A DNA stretch of 64,000 nucleotides, taken from positions 3,215,675 to 3,279,674 of the forward strand of contig CAJINV010000001.1 of NCBI GenBank assembly GCA_905178155.1, given 5' to 3'. Made by a program: the position numbers and the translations under genes. Under the pieces are notes generated by a model, which saw only the letters and a list, made by a program, of their open reading frames with translations, was not told the origin of the DNA and ran no database searches. This document shows, one piece after another, positions 48,723 through 60,600 of this stretch; the first letter of the stretch is position 1, and each line of letters starts with the position of its first letter. The stretch is from Amoebophrya sp. A120. Its lineage: Eukaryota > Protista > Dinoflagellata.

Positions 48723-50520
48723 CTAGTCGTCCTCGTCGCTGAAGTCGCCTTCGCAATTCTCCACCTCATCGGCCAACTCTTCCATTCTTTTCGCTCTTTG
48801 GATCATCAGTTGCTCAAACTCGGCTGCCTTTCGTATTCTCAGCTGCTGGAAGTCGCCAAAGCGGTTCAGGTTCACCGAGTGTGCGTTGGCCAAAATCTCT
48901 TCGAAAGCCTCAATCTCGTCCTTGACGCTGCCTTTCCAGAGCCCAGGGTGAGACTTCGTTTGGTCCGTTGGGTGCTCGTTCCGGAGCAGCGCACCCAGCT
49001 CCGACGTGCTTCGCGCAAGCATCAGGTGCGTCTCCAAGTGCTGGAGCCAGGATATTCCGAACTTGAAAAAGAATTCGTGCCCTGTTGGTGTAAGTTTTTT
49101 CTGATGTTCATGCAATGACTTTCGCTTCCCGTGGATCAGCTGCTCTTTCTGTTTGCCTCCTCGTCAGTAAGTACAACTTGCTAGCTTGCATAGACTGCGA
49201 AAGTAGAGAAAAAGAACCCATTTTATTTTTTTTTCCATATCTAAATACCGTGCTGCAGGCAGGCCTCGAAGTATTGGAAGACGATGGTGAAAGGCATGAA
49301 GTGGACGCCCATTCCGACGAAGAATTTGATGCACCACATCTGCGTGTTCTCGCTGTTCATCTGGTGTCGCTCCAGGTGCGCATTCAGATTCGGCAGGAAC
49401 TGTCGAAAGAGCTCGTGGAATACCCGGCTGTCGCTCACGAAGCCCTGGGCGGCCCCCTTGAAATACCCGACCATCTCGTGGCGGTGGAGGTGCCAAATCA
49501 CCTGGAAAATGGTTTTGCGCGCAAAATCTCTTTTTGCGCTGCAAGTAGGCAAACGAAGCTAACGTTTGGGCAGCGATCAGTAATGAATACGTTTCCGTTT
49601 GTATGACTTTATTTGAAACAAAATCACAACTAAAAAAAAAAGTGCTATACCCTCGCGACGTCCTCTTGTCTTAAGAAGAGACTCAGAAACGCGGTTATGA
49701 ATCCGCCCCCCTGGTGGTAGTCTTGAAGCTCCACGTTGCAGAGTGTCAGCGTCTCGATGAACCGCAGCCTCCTGTGCTCGTTGAGCATCGTCCGGTCGGC
49801 ATCGCGACGAAATATCCTCTCTAACCTTCCCCGCTCCTCCGGACTGGCATTCACAAAAGATTTCGCGATCATGCCCTTGTCGACGGAAACTGTATATGGA
49901 TTCTTGCGGTTTTACTTTTCGTTTTATTATTTCCAAGTCCGTCACGACACGACGAGGACCTCAGGGTTCGTGATGTCACGAGTGGGAATGAATGTGAATC
50001 CCGATCTGCCTTACATATTTCTAGAATCAATATCAAAACGAATTGAAAATCTCCGCCAAAAAAGCTCTATACTTTGTGAGACGAATGAGAGCCAATTCGC
50101 AACTTTTGCCACGAACTCGGCATGGCTCGCCGGCTTCACGCAGTCGTTCCGCGTGAGCAGCGCAGACCCTTCTTCCTCTCGGAAGAAAACGTCTATTGCG
50201 TCATTCCCTATCAGTGCCGGCTCGTGTCTGACCGGCTGCACCGCAAACGGACTACTAGGGCTGCCGGCTGGGAAGGCATTGAGGTTCGCGCCGAAAATGC
50301 TCGAGCTCTGGCTGCTGCCTCCATTTGATTGTGGCTGGCCTTTTCCTTTACCCGTCCCCTTGCCACCGAAGATGCTGCCTTTAGTACTTGGCGCGCTCTG
50401 CTCGCTCTGCTTCTTCTCCGCGTGGACGTTGCGTAACCTTACCAGCAAGTCCTCCCGCTCGTTCTCCGGCAAGGTCGCGAATCGCGTGATGCATTCGCGT
50501 ACGAAGTCACTCTCAACCAT
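48723..50520 (-). CDS. TBC (Rab-GAP) domain protein
   Basis: IFRRDADRT (IxxDxxRT-like), DYHQGGGFITAFL (YxQG), MWCIKFF...FQYFEACLQHGHEFFFKFG. Three GT-AG introns. Confidence 0.8.
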
Positions 50521-51380
50521 GGTAGGACTATCAGTATAATTGACGGTAAGAGTTAAGAAAGAACGGGAGCTTTGATTAAGTGGATTTTGTGGTCGTCACG
50601 TACGTAGACATGAAGCTATCTTCTACGAAAGCTAGTGCTAGTACTGACTGTTGTGCGGAAAAAATATAGGCTCTACTTACTAGAAGTGCTGTCCGTATTG
50701 ACGATGTAAATAAATTCTTGGCCCCTGCAGTTATGGGTGCTCACAGTAAAAGTGAAAAACCAGAAAGCACGAGGAAGGCATGAAGAGAAACTGGAAAATC
50801 CGAAAACTTGATCGTGCGGATCGCTAAATTCAAAGGCGAGATTTCTCTAGAATGAGGATCGATTTGGTGCTTTCTTCTTCGTCGTTCACGTAGATCGACA
50901 TTTGTTCGTGCGACCGATTCAATATTCATTTCTAACGCGAACATTTCATTTCACAAACTTCGATGTCTTCAATTTGATCTCTCCTTGCTGACATCGGCGC
51001 AGCGACTTGCACCTTCGGAAAGCGCGTATCATTCATTGATGCACCGAATGACCCACATTCATTGGAGGAAGCAACCACAGGTACGTACACGAGGTTAAAA
51101 GTCAAAACACGAATAAACGCCACCAAAAACGATTTCTGCAGTGACTTCCCGTGCCGGTGCTGCTCTGCGCAAGACGCAATCGACCGTTTGCTTTCAATGC
51201 ATTTCGTTGGAATCTCTTTATGGAGGATATGGAATGATACATTTGTCGTGCACACTGTCGCTGTAGTATTTCTGGATCGATTTTTCATTCATTGGCCGCG
51301 GTCGTGTCGTTGCAGCTGCCTTCTTCGGCAGCTTCACAGACACCAATTTCGACGGCAAAAAAACCGCGTATCTTTATCAT

Positions 51381-52519
51381 TTATGTGTTCAACTCCAGCC
51401 TTGTTTCCAGTTTTTGATTCAGGAGCTCAATCTGTGCTAGTTTCGCTCCCAGTACTGTGCGTTCATGCCCAAACACCGTCATTTTTTGCCGGTGTGCCGC
51501 CTCTTTGCGCTCCAGCAGGTCCTGCTGCTTGCCGCGTTTTTTTTCCAAAGCCTCACGGTCGCGAACAAGTTGGTCCTGCGTGTTGAGATTGTGGGCTTAG
51601 GCACTGTTGGACCGCTTTGAACTGACTGCAAATCCGAAGGAAAAAGAATTATTCAAGAATTCGTAGACTCAGTTGTATGAATCAACAGGTGCAGGTAATT
51701 CGTGTTAATATCCTGCTCCCACTTGATGCATTGTTGCGTACGTACCCTCGCGTCCTGTAGCGCATCCTTGGCGGTGTTTAAAGACTTTGTCAGCTGTGCA
51801 CGCTCTGCTGCGGCTTGTTCTCTGGTTTCTACCACAGAAAATTCAGCGGCTCGTCGGCTTTCCTTCATACTCTCCAGGTCCTTATGCGTCTCCCAGTCGT
51901 GCTCTGAATAAGTAAAAGCTGGTCACTTTTTTCTGCCCCAAGGATAGAATGTTCAACTCCCGCTAAAAGACACAGAAAAAATTTCACTGCATGCGGGATT
52001 TGTCGGCGTGCAACCCATAACCAGTTGATACATACTATACACAACCAGAAGGAGACGCGTAAACACCTACTTTCCTTCTAATTTACCTGCAGACAAATCG
52101 TTCTCCTTTGCGCAAGTCAGGTCGAGCTCCGCGATCGCGGATGTCGCTTCGTCGAGACGGCCCTGCAACGTGAGTACCGCCGCCTCCGTGGCTGTTACTT
52201 TCTGCGACAAGGCCGCCCGCTTGCCGTCCATCCGGCGGAAGTCGGCCAACAAACTGCTCATTGCTGCGGTTTGTTCGTCGCGTGTGTCCATCGCGGTCCG
52301 CGTCGCCTCCATGGCTTCGAGCGTGCGCTCGTCCACTTTGCGCGCGCAGGTCCCTGCCTCGTCCACTTCCCGCAGATGCGCGTGTCGCTCGGCTTCGAAG
52401 GTGGCGCGGAGGGAAACTAATTTCTCGCGCAGCGCAATGGTTTCGCGCTCTATCGTTTCACACCGGTGTCGCACCTTGCCCTCCACGAGGACGACCGGGT
52501 GGTGGCGCCGAGAGGACAT
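51381..52519 (-). CDS. Hypothetical coiled-coil protein (multi-exon)
   Basis: ORFs 52067-52552 and 51653-51868 plus a final exon ending LETRLELNT*. Confidence 0.55.
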
Positions 52520-53450
52520 GATGGCAGGACCTTGGTCAATAAAGCCCGACACAACAAAAACTCAAATCTAGTGGAGATACCGAAAATTTTTTCTAGTCAC
52601 GAACTTTTTCTTTTGTTCCTTGACCGAGCAGGCAACCGGACTGGAATAAGATCCTGTTGCCCGCCGCTCCACGCTCCGATGAGAATGATTGTCCTCGAGC
52701 ACCATTCTGCAAAAATTCATTGCTAGAGGCCTGAAAATGCGCAAAACGCATGTGAAGCCGTGGCAACGACGAGGATGAACACTGTTATGCAGGAGGAGGA
52801 GGATGCGCACTACAGCCATTTCCGTCCTCGCCGGTCAATCAATCCCATTCGATACGTGGTTCTGCTGTCTTCAGTGACACACAACACATCAATGCGCGTT
52901 CTTCCATCTCCTGATTTTTGGTTGCTCATGTTCATTCAAGGTCCACGGTCCTTCCAGGACTACGAAGTCACTCCTAATGGGGGATCAGATGTACAGAAGC
53001 AGTGCCTAAATAAAATTGGTGAGGGCTTCGTTCCCACCAACTCTTTCTAGTAAGCATCACGCATCTCCCAAACGCTCCTTGGAACTCGTCCGCACCGAGT
53101 AGAAATGTGAACTGTATTAACTGAATTTGAAACCGCAAAACAGAGATTTTATGTTGAAAAACGTGGGAGGCGAAACGTAAAACATAGAAACGTCAGGTTT
53201 GACATAGACCTTGAACTTGACGTTTCGACGTACAGCTGATACAGTAACGGAAAAGCGATTTTACAACAAAAGTAAAAAATTATTGCGCGCGCATAAAAAA
53301 TTCATGGTGCTGGACCACAGCACATGCACAACTTACCGAGAGATAGATGTCTAGCTAAAAGTAGTTGTGCAAAAAGGTAGCCGTCGTCCACTCACCAACT
53401 CGTCCGTCCTCAAAGTACTACCTCTTGCTTCTTACTTCCCCTTGGTCCCT

Positions 53451-54290
53451 TTAGTAGTCCGCCATTTTGTTGTGATAAGCCTGGGCCCGCTTCAGGAACT
53501 GTACGTTCTTATCGACGAGGTTCTTTACCTTTTCCGGGTTGCGGGGATCGCCGGACGGCGGGCCGTACACCTGCTGATACCAGTTATACGCCGTCTCGAG
53601 CTCAGCCATGCAAGCGTCGGCGTCGATCGACTTGCCCTCGGGCAGCACCAGGGTGGTCTCCTCCTTGTCAAACACGAACCCGAGATTCATCAGAGCTTCG
53701 ATCGAAGTCACCACGGAGGTGATCGTGGGCTGTTGATCGTGTTTTGTATTTTTGAATACCGTAGATCATTTCCCAGTCATGCTACTTGCTTTCAATGAGT
53801 AATAGGACAAGTAGGAGTTGTCAATTCTCATTGCCAGATGCAGCATGGTGCCTAAGAAAAAGAGCATGACGCATCATTTGTGTTCCGACAGGGACAGCGT
53901 TGCTGGGGCTTTGACACAGTGAAAAAGTCGTATACTTACCTTCATGCCCTCGTCTTCTAGCGGAACCTTGCGGGCCTTTCCTCCGGATTGCTTGTTGGCG
54001 TTAATTACGTGCTTCAGCATGCCGAGCACCTGTCGCGGTTTTGATTTTGAAGAAGTAGATGAAATTGCATTACAGCTTTTACTTATCACACTCTATGCAC
54101 ACCGTTCGCGGTTGCATCCTCCCCGAATATTTTGTCAACATTATTTGCCGGTATTTTTAAAAATGCAACGTGATACCTTGTCATAGATTTCAACCGGTTC
54201 GATCATGTGGCAGCATCTGGCGAACCCGCTGTCCATGTCCGGAATCTCCACCTGCAACACGGGGTGGAAAATTGACTTTTGAGTCGTCAT
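53451..54290 (-). CDS. Small PUB/PUG-domain-like protein
   Basis: Spliced MTTQKSIF...VLGMLKHVINAN...KARKV...IEALMNLGFVFDKEETTLVLP resembles the PUB pattern. Confidence 0.5.
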
Positions 54291-54974
54291 GGCTTCGGAA
54301 CAACCAGGAGGGGTCTTGATGAAAGTAGATTGTAGTTGTCAGACTGCTTGTAAGAAACTACAAAATTCTTGAGAGGGTGTTGTTGAAACGGGAAGACCTC
54401 AATAAGTATTTCACTGCGACCGACTCGTCGTTAATCGACTTGGGGTCGGGACCTGGTTAGGATCGATCGGATGGATGAAACTACTGTGCCTGCTTTTCCT
54501 TTGTCCGCTCTCACGATTGCTTCAGCTCATTGATTTCTTTGAATGCTTAGCTGTCCACGTAGGAAAAAAAAAGCGCAAGCTTTGTACGATGCAATACGTC
54601 TGATGTAGTCACCGAATGCTTGACAGGTAAGTACAATCTTTGCACGATCAGAATTCTCAACGTTCTTTTCTTGTACGTGGTGGTCTCAAGAAACTTCTTG
54701 CTCGTTCTGTTCGACGTAAAACGTCACCGAAATAACTTTTTCCACTTCTTTCGTACGGAATTATATACACACGAGAAAAAACAGTTGTACGCAGAGGCGA
54801 CCGATGGGCTTCAATTCTCTTCGTAGCAGTACGACCGAACAACTAGCGGGAATTTTGCGCTGCGAGTTGTACATTAATATTGCTCCTCGCTTTGGAGACC
54901 TTATCAACGCTGCTTATCTTTTTGTTTTTCACAACTAAATGCAGCAGCTCTTTGTGCAAACAGCCTAGTTCGCT

Positions 54975-55955
54975 TTAGACTTGCGCCTTGCTCTCGATCT
55001 CATCCGTAAAAATTTCCGCGCTGTCTTGTTCTATTGTGCTAGTCAACTTCTCATCGCTGTCGTTTTCTTGTTCCTTTTTCTTTTGCTTTTCGTCCTTTTT
55101 CATTTTATCTATCCGCTCCCATTCCCGTTGCTGTTTCTCCAGCCTGTCTTGGTTGAGGTAGCAATAAAGCCGGAACGTAAGCAGCATGTGCGCCGGGAAC
55201 CAGAAGGGCCACAGGCACTTGAAAATAGCCACCGCTTCGATCATGCCAACGCCGACATGCCCTTGCTTCTGCGACTGCGAGTCGGCTGCATTTTCATCGG
55301 CTTTATTCTCTCCCTCGGTACCGCTATTAGTCGTACCATGGCTAGTCGCTGCCTGCCGAAAACCAGCATGGAGAGCTTCAGGCGCAGTTGGCATCACCGC
55401 CGCGAGACGTCCTCCAGTCATCGGCATCGTCTCACCACTGGAAACAGCACTTGCAGATGAAGAACTCGACGACGCCACTGTACAACTCATGGAGCCAACA
55501 TCAAGGGCCTTGTTTGTTGTGCTTGCTGCACTCGTTCTTGCACCGAACGGCCGCATCACGGTTGAAAATCGCTCCCTTCGCTTCTGCTTTTTGAGCATGG
55601 CGCGCTCGGCCCATTGTTGCGACTTGGCGTGAAACCAGTCGATGAAGTACGGGTGCCTGCGCTGCAGCCGGTCCACGAAGGCCCGCCCGGGTTGTGTCCC
55701 GGTGAGAAACCGTCGACAGGGCTGCCAGTAACAGCAAAACCGCACCGCGCAGGCGTAGGCGCCGACTTTCGAAATCAAAACGCCGCCGAGGAAAACGACT
55801 ACATCGCCAATATCAAAGCCGTGTTTCGTTATCAACTGGGTCGGTTCCAGCAACCACTCCATCTCCTCCCAAAGCGTTGGGTCGTAGGAGGAGGAGGACG
55901 AGGCCTGACTCGTCCCCTTGGCTGGTGGCGTCGGGTCCGCAAGAAGACCAGTCAT
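54975..55955 (-). CDS. Hypothetical membrane protein (weak FAM210/DUF1279-like C-terminal motif)
   Basis: 326-aa ORF with two hydrophobic segments, including EAVAIFKCLWPFWFPAHMLLT. Confidence 0.55.
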   Translation of the reverse strand: MTGLLADPTPPAKGTSQASSSSSYDPTLWEEMEWLLEPTQLITKHGFDIGDVVVFLGGVLISKVGAYACAVRFCCYWQPCRRFLTGTQPGRAFVDRLQRRHPYFIDWFHAKSQQWAERAMLKKQKRRERFSTVMRPFGARTSAASTTNKALDVGSMSCTVASSSSSSASAVSSGETMPMTGGRLAAVMPTAPEALHAGFRQAATSHGTTNSGTEGENKADENAADSQSQKQGHVGVGMIEAVAIFKCLWPFWFPAHMLLTFRLYCYLNQDRLEKQQREWERIDKMKKDEKQKKKEQENDSDEKLTSTIEQDSAEIFTDEIESKAQV

Positions 55956-56305
55956 TATTTTGACACTTGCTTATGACGCAAGAACCAGGGGCTGCGTTTG
56001 TTCCTTTGCAAAATCAAATCGTACTTGCTAGTACTGAGCAAACCCTACATGTGATCATACAACACAAGTCGTTAAAAACAAAAAGACAAGTTCGAAATAA
56101 GGAACTACCAAGTTACGAACAAGAGTTGAGCGTCTGATTGCGCTTATGCTTGCGAAGAGTGCGAAACGATTACGAAAGCGAGATTTTGCCGAGGAAAAAT
56201 TCAGGCTAGATCAGCGGGAAATTGCGAATGCGAGAGCCCAGTCGTCCAGGAACAAACCTCTTACTTTTGCATGGCGCACCAGAAAGTACAGCTGTAGTTT
56301 CCGTT

Positions 56306-57352
56306 CTATTCATCGAGATACCGCTGTAGCTCGAGATTGTGTGCCTCATAGAGTTCTGGACAGCAGAAGTGCACGCGATCACAAAAACACTCTTTTGTGA
56401 TCTGTTCCCGAGGTTTTGGAAACCCAACATACTGCAATGACAGCTCGGCACCTCTAGTCCGGGCCAGATGGCGCACCCGGTCTTCCGTCTCTGCATAGAA
56501 CGGCCGCTCGTTGTCCCGGGACGGCGTTCCGCCCTTCCACAGCACACGACGCGGCTTCGTCTTTGTCTCTTCTCCCTGCTGGTCCGAACCTCGTACACCA
56601 TCACCCGTGCGCGTGCCACCGGCAGGTGTCTCAACAATCGCGTCTCTCGCAGCGGAGAAAATGCGCTCCAGTTTTGGAAAGTCTCTTGTGTGCGGCCACC
56701 ACCCGAGATTCAATATCAAGTGCGTTGGCTTCAGCTTTGGAATCAAGAAGCGCAACGCAAACTCCAGATCTAAATTTTCGTAGGCGAACTGCCACGCCGG
56801 CGTGTTCACGCTGGTCACGCGCGGGAACCTCCAGCCAGAAGGAATGTCGTTTGTGATGCCGCGGCAACCCCCAAAATCGCCGATGTAGCTGAAGAAGGTG
56901 TGACTCTCGGTGGTGGTGTTGGTCAACGACGACGTGCCTTCGTTTTTATATCTATCCGACCAAAAACGATTCTCGACGACCGTTTTTACCCAGGGCGGGG
57001 GCCAAACCTTCGTTTTCTTCGCCTCGGCTTCGATTGCTTCCATGGTCGGAACCTCCCGGCCCTCGCGGAAACACTCGCACCGCATCGAACCGTTGAAGGC
57101 AGCGGTGGACGCCTTGTAGTACGAAGTCCAGTTCCCGTGAAAGCCTTCCCACAGAAGGGAAGGTGGCGTCGCAGAGTTGCTGTGCTTCCGGTACACATAA
57201 TCCAGGTATGTGTAGCGGGTGACAGAATCGCCGATCCAAATCACATTCTTCGTTACTGGTGTTGCAGCCGCTGCGGCATAACTTTTATAATTTCCGAGGG
57301 CGAAGAAAAAACGTACAAAACGCAGGCTCGACAGAAACACCCTCAAGATCAT
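56306..57352 (-). CDS. SGNH/GDSL-type (PC-esterase/TBL-like) esterase/acyltransferase, secreted
   Basis: Signal-like N-terminus, VIWIGDSVTR (GDS), LILNLGWW, CDRVHF (DxxH). Confidence 0.75.
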   Translation of the reverse strand: MILRVFLSSLRFVRFFFALGNYKSYAAAAATPVTKNVIWIGDSVTRYTYLDYVYRKHSNSATPPSLLWEGFHGNWTSYYKASTAAFNGSMRCECFREGREVPTMEAIEAEAKKTKVWPPPWVKTVVENRFWSDRYKNEGTSSLTNTTTESHTFFSYIGDFGGCRGITNDIPSGWRFPRVTSVNTPAWQFAYENLDLEFALRFLIPKLKPTHLILNLGWWPHTRDFPKLERIFSAARDAIVETPAGGTRTGDGVRGSDQQGEETKTKPRRVLWKGGTPSRDNERPFYAETEDRVRHLARTRGAELSLQYVGFPKPREQITKECFCDRVHFCCPELYEAHNLELQRYLDE

Positions 57353-57674
57353 CTTGCTTCTGCTGATTATGATTAAGTAGCACGACTACAAGGTGGGACA
57401 AAAACCAAGATAAACGTCAAGACAAAAAAACTTCTGCCATAGAGGCGCAAGGGGTATGGGCTCTCAGAATGGTCACTGCATCGAATGCTACACTAGGAAC
57501 AAAGGCTCGCCACGTAGCGGCGCAGGTAGACTGTCATTGCGAGGACGCCTTCGGCTTCGTCCTTACAACACTATTATAAGTACTTCGATTTACTTCATAT
57601 TGTATTCCTTTCGTTTCGTTTGTTTACAGATGTCGCGTTCGTGATACACACAACATACAAGAAGCCTACAGACT

Positions 57675-60600
57675 TCAGGTATGCTTTTCGTTTACTTTGC
57701 GCAGCGCCTCGTCCATGCCAGTCGCTTTTTCGCTCGCGCCTCGCACAAGCTCGTGGTTTTCGCCGCAGAGGATGCTCAACAAGGATTGCGCCTGGCGGTA
57801 GTAGGTGAGGCACTCGACGAGGTGCGCTACCTCCATTTGCTGCGCCGCGACCTGCCGTGACGGTGCGGGCGGCTCGTACTTCGCATACAGCCGCCCCCCC
57901 GCGCCCACCTGCACGCCCCCCGATCCGGCGAAACATCTCTCCTGCGCCCGGGCGATCTCCTCGTTCACCCGTCGGTCGGCCAGTTCCTCCAGGGCCCAGG
58001 CCCACAAAAAGGTCGGGCGCGTGAAGAACGAACTGTGAAACGAGATTTTGTTTCGCAGGTGCGCCGTGGAGGCGGCGTTACACCGAAGCTTCACCTTGTT
58101 CTCGAAGTGGCTCAACTCGGTTTTCTCCTTCTTGCAGTTGTGCAAAAGATCCTCAAGGTGGTAGACACACCAGTGCGAGGGGTGAAAAAATTCTAACGCG
58201 GCAGAGTACCTGTGGTTAATATTTTATTATGGACACGATCTTCATTTGAGGACCTAGGAAAACACAACCTTCGGTGGGAAAAAAGATGAAGAGCCACCAG
58301 CAAAGCAGTTCCACTTCATATTCCTCGATGCATATGTAGAACATAAGATGCACGCAAATTGAAATCTCAAAGCGTGACACGCAGATGAAATTGAAACGAA
58401 ATCTTGTTGTTCCTACAGAAATGAATAAGGTTAGCAAGTACACGAGCTCGATGTCGCCGATGTTCTCGGGATCCAAGGCCTGCACCCGCTCCACGTAGTC
58501 GGGTTCCAGCTGGAAAATGTCGCCCGCATCGGCGGGCTTGCCGCACAGATTGCAGGCCGTGAGCGCATACTCCACGTCCACGGGCCCCGTCTGCGTCTGC
58601 ATCACGGAGTGCCCACCCGTACGACACTTCAAGCACCGGAAGGTGCGGATACGGTCGATGTACTCCTGTTTTTTTTTCCAGGCACGACATTTCGTTCATG
58701 AATGGAATGCACACAATTCGCCCTCGACTGTGTTAGTAGTCTACTACATTAGGTTGTCAGAAAGTTGTTTCTGTACGACGTAACTTCTCAGTGCAAAAAG
58801 TAAAGCCCCGAATAAAGAAAGCTTTCAAAATAAGCATCTGCCCAAAAATTACATCTATTTCGTACCTCGCATCGGTCGCATTTGCAGAAGAACTTCCAGT
58901 TTTCCAGTTTTTTGCGACGAATGTTGCAGGCCTTCAGCAGATCCTCGTCCTGCAGGTAGCTAATCGTGAGCTCCTCCTGTTCCCTCAGCGCCCGTCGGGC
59001 CCGCAACACGAAGCTGTCGCCCTCCCCGTAGGTCCAGCAACAATTCGGGTCGCAGCCGTGCGCGATCATACTGATTCGGTTGTACAGAACCAGCCCCTCT
59101 TCCTATCAAATGTAAAAATGTCTGGGTCTGGAACATTCTAAACTTGTGATGCTGTCTCTGGATTCTGAAAAAAATTGTATTGCATGACCAGCAAGAGGAC
59201 TCCAGTTTGTGCTACGCGGAGAGGTCATTTCTCATGCTGTAGAGGCATCACAAAGCACTCTAAAAATCTGTGATGCTACGGCATGCATCACAGACATCAT
59301 GGGTCATGGAAAATATGCATGACAAATCTAGAAATCTTCCAGACCCAGACATTTTTACATTTGATACTTCCGTGTGGTGGCCGAAACTGTTGTACCGCCA
59401 CGCGCCGACAAGCGTGGAGAAGAGCTTCTATTACAGTGAAGAATGCCCCCACCCCCAGAGTTGCAACAGCTTGTGATGCGAAGTTTCCAAATGAAAACTT
59501 TTTATCATGCATTAAAGGAGTCTGAACCTTTCTGATGCAGAGTCTAGGCGTGCATCGCATCGCTTGCATCACAAGCGCTGCTCTTGTTGGGGTCTTTTGC
59601 AATACAAATTTTTCCTATTCACGATTGGAAACCTGTGATGCTGATAGATGCTTGAGGGCGAATGTTTCATTTGGAAAGGTTTGCAATACAAATGCCCCCA
59701 AGTTCGGGGGTGGGGGCATTTTTCATTGTAATAGCTTCTCCGTCAGCTCTAGGGTGTGCATCTGGCTCGCCGGCATCCGGGCGGCCACCTGCGCCCGGGA
59801 ATTCGCGAAGATGGTCTGCAATCGCGCGCTCCTCAGAATTCGGACGACGTCGGTCTTCACGGATTCGTCCTCCGTGTCCTCGTCCGGAACGAATTTGTCT
59901 AGAATAACACCTAGGTTTGATGAATGCATTTTCGACGTTTTCGCAACATCATCGAGAAGGGCAGAAAAAAAGGTGCGAAGCGTAGCTGTGCTTTTTAACC
60001 ATCTTGAGTTTTTCTCCTGACAAACACGGGTATAGTACCATTTAGAGCCGTTCTGGCAAAAGTCGAGACGCATATTTATATGACAAATGAAAAAACACTC
60101 GAAATACGCAAGTCGGCTTCGCCAAGCAGAATCCAGCTGAGGAGCGCCGCGTAGTGAAACGTGAAACTTCCCAGACAGAACGTGTTTCCTTTGTGCATTC
60201 GGTCCAACTGGTCCCATAAGTCTGTGTGCATGCTTTGCACCGCGACTAATGTGGGCGGTTCAGCGAAGATTGGCTGCCCCGCGGCGAACGGTTTCGCAGT
60301 GAAGAGACAACGTCCCTTGGCGGGGTGCGAAGCCACAAACGTTGTCGCATCGATGGACTTCCAGTCCGTTCTGCTTCCAACGCTGCCCGCGGCGCTTAGA
60401 TTCTGATTGCTGGAAGGAGGAGCGGACGGTAGAACTTCCTTCTGTTGCTCCTGTTCCATCACCAATTCGTCTGTCTGCATGGGTTCATCTTGCTGCATCG
60501 CTTGCGCGCTGCTGGTCGCTGGTGTTGTGTCGCTGGTGTAGTTGTTCATCATGTTGGGCGGGTGAACAAACTGTTGGTGCTGTGGCTGTGCTTCTTGGCC

